From positions 270,643 through 334,642 of the forward strand of contig DHPR01000012.1 in NCBI GenBank assembly GCA_002410925.1: DNA of 64,000 nucleotides, given 5' to 3'. Both the position numbers and the translations under genes were made by a program. This document shows, piece after piece, positions 31,231-40,668 of the stretch; position 1 is the first letter of the stretch; every line of letters begins with the position of its first letter. This DNA comes from a bacterium UBP13_UBA5359. Lineage in GTDB: Bacteria > UBP13 > UBA5359. The notes below the pieces were generated by a model that had not been told where the DNA came from, did no database searches, and worked only from the letters and a program-made list of their open reading frames with translations.

Positions 31231-33132
31231 ATGATCTATGAAAAAAGATATGATATTATCGTTATAGGTGCCGGCCATGCCGGATGCGAAGCGGCCTTGG
31301 CTTCGGCCAGAATGGGATGTACCACCCTTTTGCTGACCATCAATCTTGACAGTATAGCACTTCTGCCGTGCAACTGCTCCATAGGAGGACCCGCCAAAGC
31401 CCAGCTTGTCAGAGAAATTGATGCTCTGGGCGGCGAAATGGGCCGAAACATAGATAAGAGCTTTACGCATATAAGGATGCTTAATCTCAGCAAAGGACCG
31501 GCGGTGCAGGCTCTGAGAGCGCAGGTGGATAAAAAACATTATCAGATGGAGATGAAGCATACGCTGGAAACCCAAGACAGGCTGGATATAAAGCAGGCTA
31601 TGGTGGAGGAGATCCTCTGTGAAGGATCGGCTGTAACCGGCGTCAGAGTGCAAAGCGGGTTGGAATATCGTAGCCAGGCTGTGATCATTGCCGTCGGAAC
31701 ATTTATGGAGGGGTTGATTCATATCGGCGAGACCTCTTTTCCTGCCGGACGAGCCGGGGAGTTTCCCTCCATCAGCCTGGCACAGAATTTAAAATATCTC
31801 GGTTTCCGTTTGGGACGCCTGAAGACTGGAACGCCTCCTAGAATAGATGCCCGCACGATCGATTTATCCCAGGGGAAAATTCAGGAATCCGAGGATGTGC
31901 CGCTATCCTTCTCTTACACCACCGGCCCAATTTCCGGCCGTGGCCGTCTGTCATGCTGGCTGATGGAAACAAATGAGCAGACACACCGTATGATTCGCGA
32001 TAATCTTCATCGCTCGCCACTTTTCTCCGGGCGCATCAAGGGCATGGGGCCTCGTTACTGCCCCTCCATTGAAGACAAGGTTGTTCGTTTTCCCGATAAA
32101 GAGAGGCATCAGGTCTTTCTGGAGCGGGAAGGATGGAATACCAGTGAGGTTTACTTGCAGGGCCTCTCCTCTTCTCTGCCGGAAGATGTCCAGATTGCTG
32201 TCGTTCATAGCGTAAAAGGCCTGGAAAAGGCAGAGTTGATGCGTCCCGGCTATGCCATAGAGTATGATTTTCTTCTGCCGGTTCAGCTCTTTCCCACATT
32301 GGAAACGAAGCTTATAAAAGGGCTTTACGCTGCTGGGCAGATAAACGGGACATCGGGTTATGAAGAAGCGGCGGCACAGGGTATTATGGCTGGTATAAAC
32401 GCCGCAGCTGCGATCCAGAAGCTGTCACCGTTGATCTTATTACGCTCAGAGGCTTATATAGGTGTTTTGATAGATGATCTTGTTACAAAAGGCACGGAGG
32501 AGCCCTATAGAATGCTTACTTCCAGGGCCGAGTACAGGTTGATTCTGCGACAGGGGAATGCCGATTTGCGTCTGACGGAGAAGGGCTACCGCTATGGCCT
32601 TATACTCGAGGAGCGGTATCAACGATTTGCTATCAGACGAGAGATGATAGAGCTTGAAACCGCTCGCCTCAAAGAGACTCGGCTGCGTCCGACAGAGCAG
32701 GTGCAGCGTTTGTTACGAGATCTGGGCAGCGAGGGGCTTGGAAAGGCCGTTAGCCTGGCGGATATTCTTAAACGTCCGGATATGACCTATCAGAGGATGG
32801 CTGCTCTGGATACAGCTCGTCCTCCGCTTCCGCCGGATGTGATAAGCGAGACAGAAACAGAGATCAAATATGAGGGCTATATAGAGAAGCAACAACATCA
32901 GGTAGAGCAGTATCAGCGCCTTGAAGCCAGGCTTATTCCCGAAGGGATCGACTATGATGCTATCTCCAGCCTATCACGAGAGGGACGGGAGAAATTAAAG
33001 GGCATTCGCCCGGTATCAGTGGGCCAGGCCTCGAGAATTGCCGGCCTTACGCCGGTCGATATAACGATACTCATCGTCCATTTGGAGCAACAACGCCTGC
33101 GGGCTCTAAAACAAAGAGAGAAAAGGTCATGA
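31231..33132 (+). CDS. mnmG: tRNA uridine modification enzyme MnmG (GidA)
   Basis: GAGHAGCEAA, KTGTPPR, GPRYCPSIEDK, GQINGTSGYEEAAAQG. Confidence 0.98.
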   Translation: MIYEKRYDIIVIGAGHAGCEAALASARMGCTTLLLTINLDSIALLPCNCSIGGPAKAQLVREIDALGGEMGRNIDKSFTHIRMLNLSKGPAVQALRAQVDKKHYQMEMKHTLETQDRLDIKQAMVEEILCEGSAVTGVRVQSGLEYRSQAVIIAVGTFMEGLIHIGETSFPAGRAGEFPSISLAQNLKYLGFRLGRLKTGTPPRIDARTIDLSQGKIQESEDVPLSFSYTTGPISGRGRLSCWLMETNEQTHRMIRDNLHRSPLFSGRIKGMGPRYCPSIEDKVVRFPDKERHQVFLEREGWNTSEVYLQGLSSSLPEDVQIAVVHSVKGLEKAELMRPGYAIEYDFLLPVQLFPTLETKLIKGLYAAGQINGTSGYEEAAAQGIMAGINAAAAIQKLSPLILLRSEAYIGVLIDDLVTKGTEEPYRMLTSRAEYRLILRQGNADLRLTEKGYRYGLILEERYQRFAIRREMIELETARLKETRLRPTEQVQRLLRDLGSEGLGKAVSLADILKRPDMTYQRMAALDTARPPLPPDVISETETEIKYEGYIEKQQHQVEQYQRLEARLIPEGIDYDAISSLSREGREKLKGIRPVSVGQASRIAGLTPVDITILIVHLEQQRLRALKQREKRS

Positions 33133-33839
33133 AAGAGCATAAAGATTTATTGATGTCATCGGCCGGTCAACAGGGAATTTCTCTTAACGATAAAGCTGTG
33201 AACAAGCTTCTGCACTATGCCGGCGAGATAGATCGTTGGAGTAGAGTGTATAACTTAACCGGAGCTACCGGCATAGAAAAGATTATCCGAGAGCATATTG
33301 CGGATTCTCTTTCACTATTAACTCTGGAAAGTATTCATCAGGCAAAAAGCATTCTTGATATCGGCACTGGTGCCGGATTGCCGGGAATAGTTCTGGCTAT
33401 CCTTTTGCCGGAAACAGAGATCTCCTTGCTGGAGGCCAACGGAAAAAAGATACGTTTTCTGAAGAATATGGTAATCGATCTGCGCCTAAATGCTTCTGTT
33501 TTGGAAGGACGAGCAGAGGAGCTAGGACATAACGGGCTTTTCAGGGGCCGGTATGATCTGGTAACGGCCAGAGCAGTAGCGCGGATGAATATCCTGCTGG
33601 AGCTGTCAGTGCCCTTTCTTCGCGTGGGAGGGCATGTGGTTGCAATGAAAGGTCCTGATTATGCCGCCGATATAGCGGAGGCAACCCGAGCGCTGAAGCT
33701 TCTTCAGTGTGGAGAGATACATGTAAAAAATATTTCTATAAACGGGAAAGAGCGTTATCTATTGGATATCATCAAGCTTTCCGCCACCCCGGAAACTTAT
33801 CCGCGTCGCACGGGAATACCGGGCAAGAGGCCGTTATAA
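33129..33839 (+). CDS. rsmG: 16S rRNA m7G methyltransferase RsmG (GidB)
   Basis: NLT, HIADS, DIGTGAGLPG, TARAV, YPRR.G.P.K.PL. Confidence 0.96.
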   Translation: MKEHKDLLMSSAGQQGISLNDKAVNKLLHYAGEIDRWSRVYNLTGATGIEKIIREHIADSLSLLTLESIHQAKSILDIGTGAGLPGIVLAILLPETEISLLEANGKKIRFLKNMVIDLRLNASVLEGRAEELGHNGLFRGRYDLVTARAVARMNILLELSVPFLRVGGHVVAMKGPDYAADIAEATRALKLLQCGEIHVKNISINGKERYLLDIIKLSATPETYPRRTGIPGKRPL

Positions 33840-33877
33840 TGCCGAACAGATTGGAAGGTCTCTTAAAGGTGTTAAAA

Positions 33878-33893
33878 TGTTTCACGTGAAACA
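33878..33893. promoter_or_regulatory. parS site 1
   Basis: Perfect TGTTTCACGTGAAACA; the palindrome extends to 33874-33897. Confidence 0.95.
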
Positions 33894-34070
33894 TTTTTCT
33901 TGCCGGGTGTCCGCAGGCCGTTTGACCGCACCGACCCGACTCGATCGCCACGACAGACCTTTTTATGGATTCAAACGGAGCTGACGGTGTGCTGGACTAC
34001 AAGGCAATACAGCATCTGTTCGGCACGGATTGCTGCAACACCTATCTTCGGCAGGAGGCATTTAATGAGT

Positions 34071-34155
34071 TCTTAAGAAGGTAGCACGGTAGCATAACGA
34101 AACTCAAATACGAGCATCGTCGGAGAAAGCCCAGGGTTTCAACAACCGTGGAATC
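34071..34155 (+). mobile_element. Possible decayed IS200/IS605-family (tnpB) right end
   Basis: AGCACGGTAGCATAACGAAACT and AGAAAGCCCAGGGTTTCAACAACCGTGG resemble tnpB 3' end / subterminal hairpin patterns as I recall them; no tnpB ORF present. Confidence 0.3.
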
Positions 34156-34190
34156 TTTTACTTTTTAATTGTAAGAGTCATGTTCAGGAA

Positions 34191-34206
34191 TGTTTCACGT
34201 GAAACA
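34191..34206. promoter_or_regulatory. parS site 2
   Basis: Perfect TGTTTCACGTGAAACA just upstream of the extended -10 TGCTATAAT (34229-34237). Confidence 0.95.
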
Positions 34207-34266
34207 TTATCCCTCCAGGGTTCTTCTGTGCTATAATAAGGTCATTGATTTTAATTGTGGAGCAAC

Positions 34267-35505
34267 ATGGTGGTTATAAAAAACTTTCTTGTTCGTCTTT
34301 CCGCTATCTTTCAAAAGAGAAGCTCTTCTGCCGGCGAGACCGGCGTAGTCTCGGAACTCGAACAGGCGAATATAGCAGAGATAAATGAAGCATCGGCAGA
34401 TGAAAAGCAAGATAATGTTTCACGTGAAACATTGGAAAGCGCCGGCTCAGAAGATATCTCGGGTGCAGAAAAACGGTCGGAGTTAATCAATGGCGTTGCA
34501 GAGCATGGCGATGAGCCGGTTTCCCTTGAAGCGCGGCCTGGAACTATTGACGAAGAGACCGATCATGGCGATGATGGCATAGAGGAATCATCGCCGGAGA
34601 CGAGGCCTGAGAGCTTGTTGCTCACGGAAGATGTTGGCGAAGCCTCTTTACCGGCGGTTCATGTAGAGGATAATTCAGCGGAGGCCTGCAGCATAGAGAG
34701 GGCTTTGAATGAAAACGATGATGCACGTAAGCCTATTATCCTCGATAGCAGAATCATGGTAGTCATCAATCAAAAAGGAGGCGTGGGTAAAACCACGACG
34801 GCTATTAATCTGTCTGCTGCCTTGGCCGAAAGAGGACAGCGAGTTCTGTTGGTAGATGCCGATCCGCAGGGAAATGCCGGCAGCGGCTTAGGTATCGATC
34901 GTAACAAGCTGGAATACTGCCTTTACGATCTGCTTTCAGGAACACTTTCGCTAGCAGAGGTTAAAGTTGAAACAATGATTGAAGGCTTGGATGTTGTGCC
35001 GGCCACCGTTAATTTAGCCGGTGCGGAAATCGAGCTTGTCGCTGTAGATAATCGGGAATATCGTTTGGGAAAGGTCTTGAAGAATGCGGTGAACAGCTAT
35101 GATTTTGTCATTATAGATTGCCCGCCATCTCTAGGGCTACTGACTATCAATGCTTTGGCTATAGCTGATGAGGCTGTTATTCCTGTGCAATGTGAGTTCT
35201 TTGCGTTGGAGGGGCTTAGCCAGCTTTATTCTACCTTGGATCTAATCAGAAAGGAGCTGAACCCTCGACTGAGGCAACAGCATATTCTAATAAATATGTA
35301 TGATGGCCGGGTGAAGCTTCATCAACAAATAAGAGCAGAGATAGAGAGCTTCTTTCGGGCAGACTTATTTAAAACGGAAATTCCCCGTTCAGTAAGATTG
35401 AGCGAGGCGCCGAGTTTTGGCCAACCGATTATGAAATATGATAAGAATGGCCGGCTTAGTGATATCTACAGCCGCTTAGCTGAGGAGGTCGTCAGTTTTG
35501 AGTGA
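34267..35505 (+). CDS. parA: ParA/Soj ATPase with a long acidic N-terminal extension
   Basis: NQKGGVGKTT, DADPQGN, DCPPSLG, QCEFFALEG, EAPSFG; ATG 34267 after GGAG. Confidence 0.93.
   Translation: MVVIKNFLVRLSAIFQKRSSSAGETGVVSELEQANIAEINEASADEKQDNVSRETLESAGSEDISGAEKRSELINGVAEHGDEPVSLEARPGTIDEETDHGDDGIEESSPETRPESLLLTEDVGEASLPAVHVEDNSAEACSIERALNENDDARKPIILDSRIMVVINQKGGVGKTTTAINLSAALAERGQRVLLVDADPQGNAGSGLGIDRNKLEYCLYDLLSGTLSLAEVKVETMIEGLDVVPATVNLAGAEIELVAVDNREYRLGKVLKNAVNSYDFVIIDCPPSLGLLTINALAIADEAVIPVQCEFFALEGLSQLYSTLDLIRKELNPRLRQQHILINMYDGRVKLHQQIRAEIESFFRADLFKTEIPRSVRLSEAPSFGQPIMKYDKNGRLSDIYSRLAEEVVSFE
34416..34431. promoter_or_regulatory. parS site 3 (inside the parA ORF)
   Basis: Perfect TGTTTCACGTGAAACA; translates as NVSRET. 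Confidence 0.93.
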
Positions 35506-36331
35506 AAGGCAGGTTCTTGGCCGAGGGCTTGGAGCGCTTATCCCCGGTGCAGCCTCTTTTGGGAAAGAATCGAGGGATATCCCTTTGCATTTAATAGATC
35601 CCAATCCATATCAGCCGAGGCAGTACTGGGATGAGGATCGTATTGAAGAGTTAGCGGTTTCCATACGGGAGCATGGGCTCATACAGCCTATTGTCTTGCG
35701 TCCGACAGGAGATCGTTACCAGATAGTGGCCGGCGAGCGCCGCTGGAGAGCTTCAAAGAGAGCGGGATTGCAGCGAGTGGCCGCGTTTATTAAAGAGTAT
35801 TCCGATAAAGAAATGTTGGAACTGGCATTGGTGGAGAATATCCAGCGCCAGGATCTCAACCCGGTGGAGACGGCGCGAGCCTATCAAATGTTGATTACAG
35901 AGTTTAGTTATACTCAGGAGGAGCTGGGGCGAAGAGTCGGCCGTAGCCGGTCAAGCGTGGCTAATACCCTTCGTTTGCTCTCTCTTTCCGAGCAACTTCA
36001 AGAAATGCTGGCGAAGGGTACCTTGAATGAGGGGCAGGTTAGACCTTTATTGGCATTGCCTCCTGAAAAACAGTTAAGCATGGCGCAGGAGATTGCGCAC
36101 AGAGGTTTTACGGCCAGGCAGGTAGAAAGGATGACACGGCGCAATGTTTCACGTGAAACATCTATGCGAAGCGTTGACCCTCATCTGGCCGATATAATAG
36201 AACGACTTCAGCATCGTTTGGGGACAGAGATTCGCATATCGGGCGATGCTGCCGGCGAGATGGTCATCAAATTTTTCTCTCCCGAAGATTTAGAGAGGGT
36301 TGTGGATATTATCCTCAACGAACAAGAGTAA
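35498..36331 (+). CDS. parB: ParB/Spo0J partition protein
   Basis: LGRGLGALI, PNPYQPR, GERRWRA, ENIQRQDL, HTH SRSSVANTLRLL. Confidence 0.97.
   Translation: MSERQVLGRGLGALIPGAASFGKESRDIPLHLIDPNPYQPRQYWDEDRIEELAVSIREHGLIQPIVLRPTGDRYQIVAGERRWRASKRAGLQRVAAFIKEYSDKEMLELALVENIQRQDLNPVETARAYQMLITEFSYTQEELGRRVGRSRSSVANTLRLLSLSEQLQEMLAKGTLNEGQVRPLLALPPEKQLSMAQEIAHRGFTARQVERMTRRNVSRETSMRSVDPHLADIIERLQHRLGTEIRISGDAAGEMVIKFFSPEDLERVVDIILNEQE
36145..36160. promoter_or_regulatory. parS site 4 (inside parB)
   Basis: Perfect TGTTTCACGTGAAACA; translates as NVSRET in the ParB linker. Confidence 0.93.
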
Positions 36332-36387
36332 CTCGGCATCTCGTTGTTTGTTGTTTTATTGATGCTAGTAAGTGATGGCGTAAAGAT

Positions 36388-37224
36388 ATGAATTCGTTAT
36401 ATAAAAGATTACTGACAGCTTTTGTGGGTATTCCGCTACTACTCTATCTTGCCAACAAGGGGCACTGGTTCTTCTTCGCTTTAACGCTTTTTATCGCGCT
36501 TGTCTCGACGGGAGAGTTTTTGGCTGCCTGCCAAAGCCGAGGTGTCCGACCTAATGCTGCTCTTGTTTTGTTTGGTGTTGCCGCCGCTTCTCTTTTAGCC
36601 AAAATATGTGCCGGCAAAGGGCAAATACCCTTGGCTGCTTTGTTACCGGTTTCTTTGTGGCTGATCTTTTCTATTGCCTGCGTTTTACGCGCCGATGTAC
36701 ATATTCTCGATCGTATTTCCGCAAGGGTTTTAACCATAATCTACCTTGGCGTTCTACCTGCTCATCTTATTCTGCTGCGAGATCTAACAGGAAGTTTTCA
36801 GCTTCTCGGCAGAGAATGGGATTTAGGGTTCTTTATGGTTATCTGGCTTTATCTTATCGTTTGGGGCACCGATACGGGGGCGTATGCGGTTGGAACTTTA
36901 ATCGGCCGGAGAAGAATCTTTCCAGTTGTCAGCCCTAATAAATCGTTGGAAGGCCTTTTAGGCGGACTGTCGTTAGGCGTTTTGCTGGGCATGGCCTGCG
37001 GGAGCCTTCTTTTTCATGATTCGCTGAAGCTGCTGATCGCCTCTTTGGTAACCAGCCTGGCGGCTGTCTACGGTGATTTATTTGCCTCTCTGCTCAAGCG
37101 AGTGCTGTCGATAAAGGATTTTGGAGAAGTTCTGCCGGGACATGGCGGTATTCTTGATCGGTTTGATAGCTTGATAATGGCGGCGCCGGTCGCTTATATC
37201 TGTATCAGGCTCTTTTTTAGCTGA
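36388..37224 (+). CDS. cdsA: Phosphatidate cytidylyltransferase
   Basis: [30 protein letters not shown]. Confidence 0.95.
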   Translation: MNSLYKRLLTAFVGIPLLLYLANKGHWFFFALTLFIALVSTGEFLAACQSRGVRPNAALVLFGVAAASLLAKICAGKGQIPLAALLPVSLWLIFSIACVLRADVHILDRISARVLTIIYLGVLPAHLILLRDLTGSFQLLGREWDLGFFMVIWLYLIVWGTDTGAYAVGTLIGRRRIFPVVSPNKSLEGLLGGLSLGVLLGMACGSLLFHDSLKLLIASLVTSLAAVYGDLFASLLKRVLSIKDFGEVLPGHGGILDRFDSLIMAAPVAYICIRLFFS

Positions 37225-37286
37225 CCTTTACATACTGCGATGGTATTGCTAAAATTGCAGTTGCTGAAAGTTGTTTTTAAAGGGTT

Positions 37287-37931
37287 TTGGGGATGTCTTT
37301 TTATAATCGCAGTGAAGCCGGCCGGCTATTGGCAGACCGGTTGATATCCTACAAGCGAGATGCCAGTATTGTTATGGCTGTTCCCAGAGGCGGCGTGGTG
37401 GTTGCTTCTGAAGTTGCTCAAGCGCTTGATATTGAAATGGATATAGTGCTGGCGAAGAAAATAGGTGCTCCATATAACGAGGATTATGCTATAGGGGCTT
37501 TATCTGAATCCGGCTATGAAACTATCGACAGCGAGGCGATAAAAGATCTGAAGGTGGAAGCTTCTTACATGAAGCGAATGCGCCTGCTGGTCTCCAGAGA
37601 GCTGGAGACCCGTCAGTCTCGCCTTCGAAGAGGGTGCTCAAGAGTTTCAACACGTGGACGGACCGTTATTGTTGTTGATGACGGTGTTGCCACGGGGCTG
37701 ACTTTGAAAGCAGCAGCTCTTACCCTTCGCTCGGATTGCCCGCAGGAAATGGTGTTGGCCGTTCCTGTGGCAGCGGCAGATAGCTTGATGCTGTTGCGAC
37801 CGTTCTTTGATGCGATCGTATGCCTGGAGCCATCGGAAATGTTCTTCTCCGTCGGCCAATTTTACGATCTCTTTGAGCCGGTTTCTGATGAAACCGTTAC
37901 TACACTCCTCAAAAGAGGGGTTTGGTCTTAA
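37287..37931 (+). CDS. Phosphoribosyltransferase family protein
   Basis: PRGGV, KKIGAP, VVDDGVATG PRPP-binding loop, VGQFY. Confidence 0.9.
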   Translation: MGMSFYNRSEAGRLLADRLISYKRDASIVMAVPRGGVVVASEVAQALDIEMDIVLAKKIGAPYNEDYAIGALSESGYETIDSEAIKDLKVEASYMKRMRLLVSRELETRQSRLRRGCSRVSTRGRTVIVVDDGVATGLTLKAAALTLRSDCPQEMVLAVPVAAADSLMLLRPFFDAIVCLEPSEMFFSVGQFYDLFEPVSDETVTTLLKRGVWS

Positions 37932-37954
37932 ATCGTTGAGGGGGGTAAATACTC

Positions 37955-38737
37955 ATGTCATCTTTTACCACCATTTTAACCAAAGCAATTACTATATTGC
38001 TGATAGCTATGGCTGCGGAAATAGTCGTTATGCTTGTCGCCAGAGTCATCAGCAACAACATCAATCGTAGTGTCGGGCAGCAGGAACAGCCGACATCCGT
38101 AAAGGCGCGACGGCGGACTACTTTGCAAGGGATGCTGGTGAATTCCGCCAGATATTTCATTTATTTTATAGCATTGTTGATGATTCTCGGACAAATGGGA
38201 GTCAATTGGCAGCCTATACTTGCAGGTGCCGGAGTTGTTGGGTTGGCCATAGGGTTTGGGGCGCAGCGTCTGGTAAGAGATATCATTTCCGGACTCTTCA
38301 TTCTGGTAGAGGATCAATTTGCCATCGGAGATTATATTACTCTGGGAGCGGTATCCGGCGAGGTTGTTGAGTTAGGGCTGAGAGTGACGAAGATACGCGA
38401 TGATAACGGTTGCATCTGTACCGTCGCCAACGGTGATGTTACCGCTACTTGTAATTATTCCCGGGGTCCTTACCGTCTCACCATCAATTTTGCTGTTGCC
38501 GCGGATAGCGATCTTATGGAAATCGGGAAGATTGTCAGCACTCTGGCCGAGAGTTTTTCCGGGCGGGAGGATCTTTTCGGGAAACCCCGCTTACAGGGGC
38601 CGGTGAGTATTAGTGCCGGGAAAATACAAATGCTTGTAACGGCGGAGGTGCTCTCCACTAACAGGCTTTCTCTGGCCGCAGAGATACAAACGGAGCTGCT
38701 TTATCGTCTTCGTGCCGCCGGAATCAATATCTGCTAG
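37955..38737 (+). CDS. Small-conductance mechanosensitive channel (MscS family)
   Basis: AGAGVVGLAIGFGAQ, EDQFAIGD, GEVVELGLRVTKIR. Confidence 0.92.
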   Translation: MSSFTTILTKAITILLIAMAAEIVVMLVARVISNNINRSVGQQEQPTSVKARRRTTLQGMLVNSARYFIYFIALLMILGQMGVNWQPILAGAGVVGLAIGFGAQRLVRDIISGLFILVEDQFAIGDYITLGAVSGEVVELGLRVTKIRDDNGCICTVANGDVTATCNYSRGPYRLTINFAVAADSDLMEIGKIVSTLAESFSGREDLFGKPRLQGPVSISAGKIQMLVTAEVLSTNRLSLAAEIQTELLYRLRAAGINIC

Positions 38738-38749
38738 GAGGATAAATTT

Positions 38750-39586
38750 TTGAACGAAAGTATCGCTGCTGTCCTGGGATTGGTTCAGGGGCTGACGGAA
38801 TTTATTCCGGTTAGCAGTTCTGCTCATTTAGTTCTAATTCCTGAGCTTTTTCGCTGGGAGCCGGCTGGAATGGCCTTCGATACGGCACTGCATTTCGGCA
38901 CGCTGTTAGCCCTGCTGGCCTTTTTCGGGCGAGACATAGCCGTGCTGTTGGCTGCTTTCTATGACAGCCTTAAAGAGATCATGACTGGAAAGAAGTGGCG
39001 ACAGGCTCTCTCTGCCTCCGCAGAGAGGAGGTTGGCCTGGCTGGTGCTGCTGGGCACACTGCCGGCTGCAGTTATCGGCATGAGCTTTAAAAGCACCCTG
39101 GAGAGGCTTTTCGAAACACCGCTGGCAGCAGCGGCTTTTCTGCTGATAACAGGCATCATGATCTGGTATGTTGGAAGTCGAAAATACGAGGGCAGTGCCG
39201 ACCGACAGGTGCCCGTTTCGCCACAGATCGCTTTTTTTGTTGGGTTGGCTCAGGCTTTTGCTATGCTGCCGGGGATATCACGTTCCGGAGCGACCATCTC
39301 TGCCGGACTCTTCTTGGGGCTTGATAGAGAAACAGCTCCGCGCTTCTCCTTTCTGCTGGCTATCCCGGCCATAGCAGGTGCCACTCTTCTACAGCTCAAG
39401 GATTTGCATCAGCTGGCCAATGAGGCCTGGCTGCCTCTGTTGATAGGCGGGATAGTGGCTGCCGTTAGCGGTTATCTGGCTATTTTGCTGGTCTTTCGTT
39501 CTTTGCAAAGCCATAAATTCAAATATTTTGCTTGCTATTGTTGGCTGATAGGTCTTTTCATGCTGGGGCGGATTATGTGGAAATAA
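38750..39586 (+). CDS. uppP: Undecaprenyl-diphosphate phosphatase
   Basis: QGLTEFIPVSSSAHL, PGISRSGAT, FSFLLAIP. Confidence 0.96.
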   Translation: MNESIAAVLGLVQGLTEFIPVSSSAHLVLIPELFRWEPAGMAFDTALHFGTLLALLAFFGRDIAVLLAAFYDSLKEIMTGKKWRQALSASAERRLAWLVLLGTLPAAVIGMSFKSTLERLFETPLAAAAFLLITGIMIWYVGSRKYEGSADRQVPVSPQIAFFVGLAQAFAMLPGISRSGATISAGLFLGLDRETAPRFSFLLAIPAIAGATLLQLKDLHQLANEAWLPLLIGGIVAAVSGYLAILLVFRSLQSHKFKYFACYCWLIGLFMLGRIMWK

Positions 39587-39789
39587 TGATTATTCATTCG
39601 GGGGATCTGTTGGAGCTTAGAAAACCTCATCCTTGCGGCAGCAAAACCTGGGAGGTAACTCGAACCGGTACCGACATAGGTATGATTTGCCAGGGCTGCG
39701 GGCACTATGTTCTGATAGCAAGGCGAAAATTGGAACCTCGGATAAAAAGCATTCGTTCCTCTCCGGCTACGAATAATCGAAGAGAGTAA
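39586..39789 (+). CDS. DUF951 domain protein
   Basis: GD...LRKPHPCGS..WEV.R.G.DI...C.GCG; ATG overlaps the uppP stop. Confidence 0.88.
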   Translation: MIIHSGDLLELRKPHPCGSKTWEVTRTGTDIGMICQGCGHYVLIARRKLEPRIKSIRSSPATNNRRE

Positions 39790-39882
39790 AAGAGATGATA
39801 GGAATCGGCTGAGGCTTTTCGCTCTCTGCCGGTGGAAGGATAAAACGGTTCTTCAGAGTGAATGCAGAAAGAGGTTGGCGGT

Positions 39883-40668
39883 ATGAGCGCGAAAAAACTT
39901 TTAGCCGTCGATATAGGTAATACCAATATTATTCTGGGCATTTATGCCGGGGAAGATATGGTTGCTTCCTGGCGTATAGCCACAGAGAGATGGCGAACAG
40001 CTGATGAGTGGGGCCTTGCGCTCTTGGGTTTGCTCGGGATGCGAAGCATAGCTCCCGGCATAGTGGATGCTGTGGTCATCGGCAGCGTAGTGCCGGCGGT
40101 TACTCAAGCCTGGGTCGAGATGTGCCGGAAAAGTCTGGGCATGGAACCGTTATCGGTCAGCTCTGCCGTAGATTGCGGGCTTATCGTGCTTTATGATCAT
40201 CCCAAGGATGTGGGTGCCGATAGATTGGCTAATGCTCTGGCAGCTTATCGCCGTCGGGGTGCAGCGGTGATTCTGGATTTCGGTACGGCCACCACTCTGG
40301 ATGCTGTCTCTGCTGCAGGTGAGTATCTGGGCGGAGCTATTATGCCGGGGATAAGCATTTCACTCGATGCGCTGTACAGCAAGGCTGCCAGGCTGTCGGG
40401 CGTTGATCTTTTTGCACCGCTGACGTCGATAGGTCGCAATACCGGTGATAGTCTGAGATCGGGAATAATATATGGCTTTGCCGCTCAGGCAGAGGGAATG
40501 ACGCAGCGCTTTCTAAGGGAGATGGGCGAAGAGACAGCTGTGCTGGCTACCGGGGGGCTGGCGGAGCCGGTCTGCAGCCAGATGTGCCTGGCGGTAGAGG
40601 TCGATCCCTTTCTGACACTTGAGGGGCTGAAGGCTATATACGAGATGAATTGTAAGGATAGCGTCTGA
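39883..40668 (+). CDS. coaX: Type III pantothenate kinase
   Basis: DIGNTN, SVVP, VGADR, DFGTATT, GGAIMPG, ATGG. Confidence 0.95.
   Translation: MSAKKLLAVDIGNTNIILGIYAGEDMVASWRIATERWRTADEWGLALLGLLGMRSIAPGIVDAVVIGSVVPAVTQAWVEMCRKSLGMEPLSVSSAVDCGLIVLYDHPKDVGADRLANALAAYRRRGAAVILDFGTATTLDAVSAAGEYLGGAIMPGISISLDALYSKAARLSGVDLFAPLTSIGRNTGDSLRSGIIYGFAAQAEGMTQRFLREMGEETAVLATGGLAEPVCSQMCLAVEVDPFLTLEGLKAIYEMNCKDSV

Noticed and set aside
33874-34431. CRISPR-like array from repeated palindromes
   Set aside because: The repeats are canonical parS sites with irregular spacing of 200-300 bp, and no cas genes are present
39835-39863. SigH-like promoter before coaX
   Set aside because: AGGA-GAAT spacing is 19 nt rather than about 17
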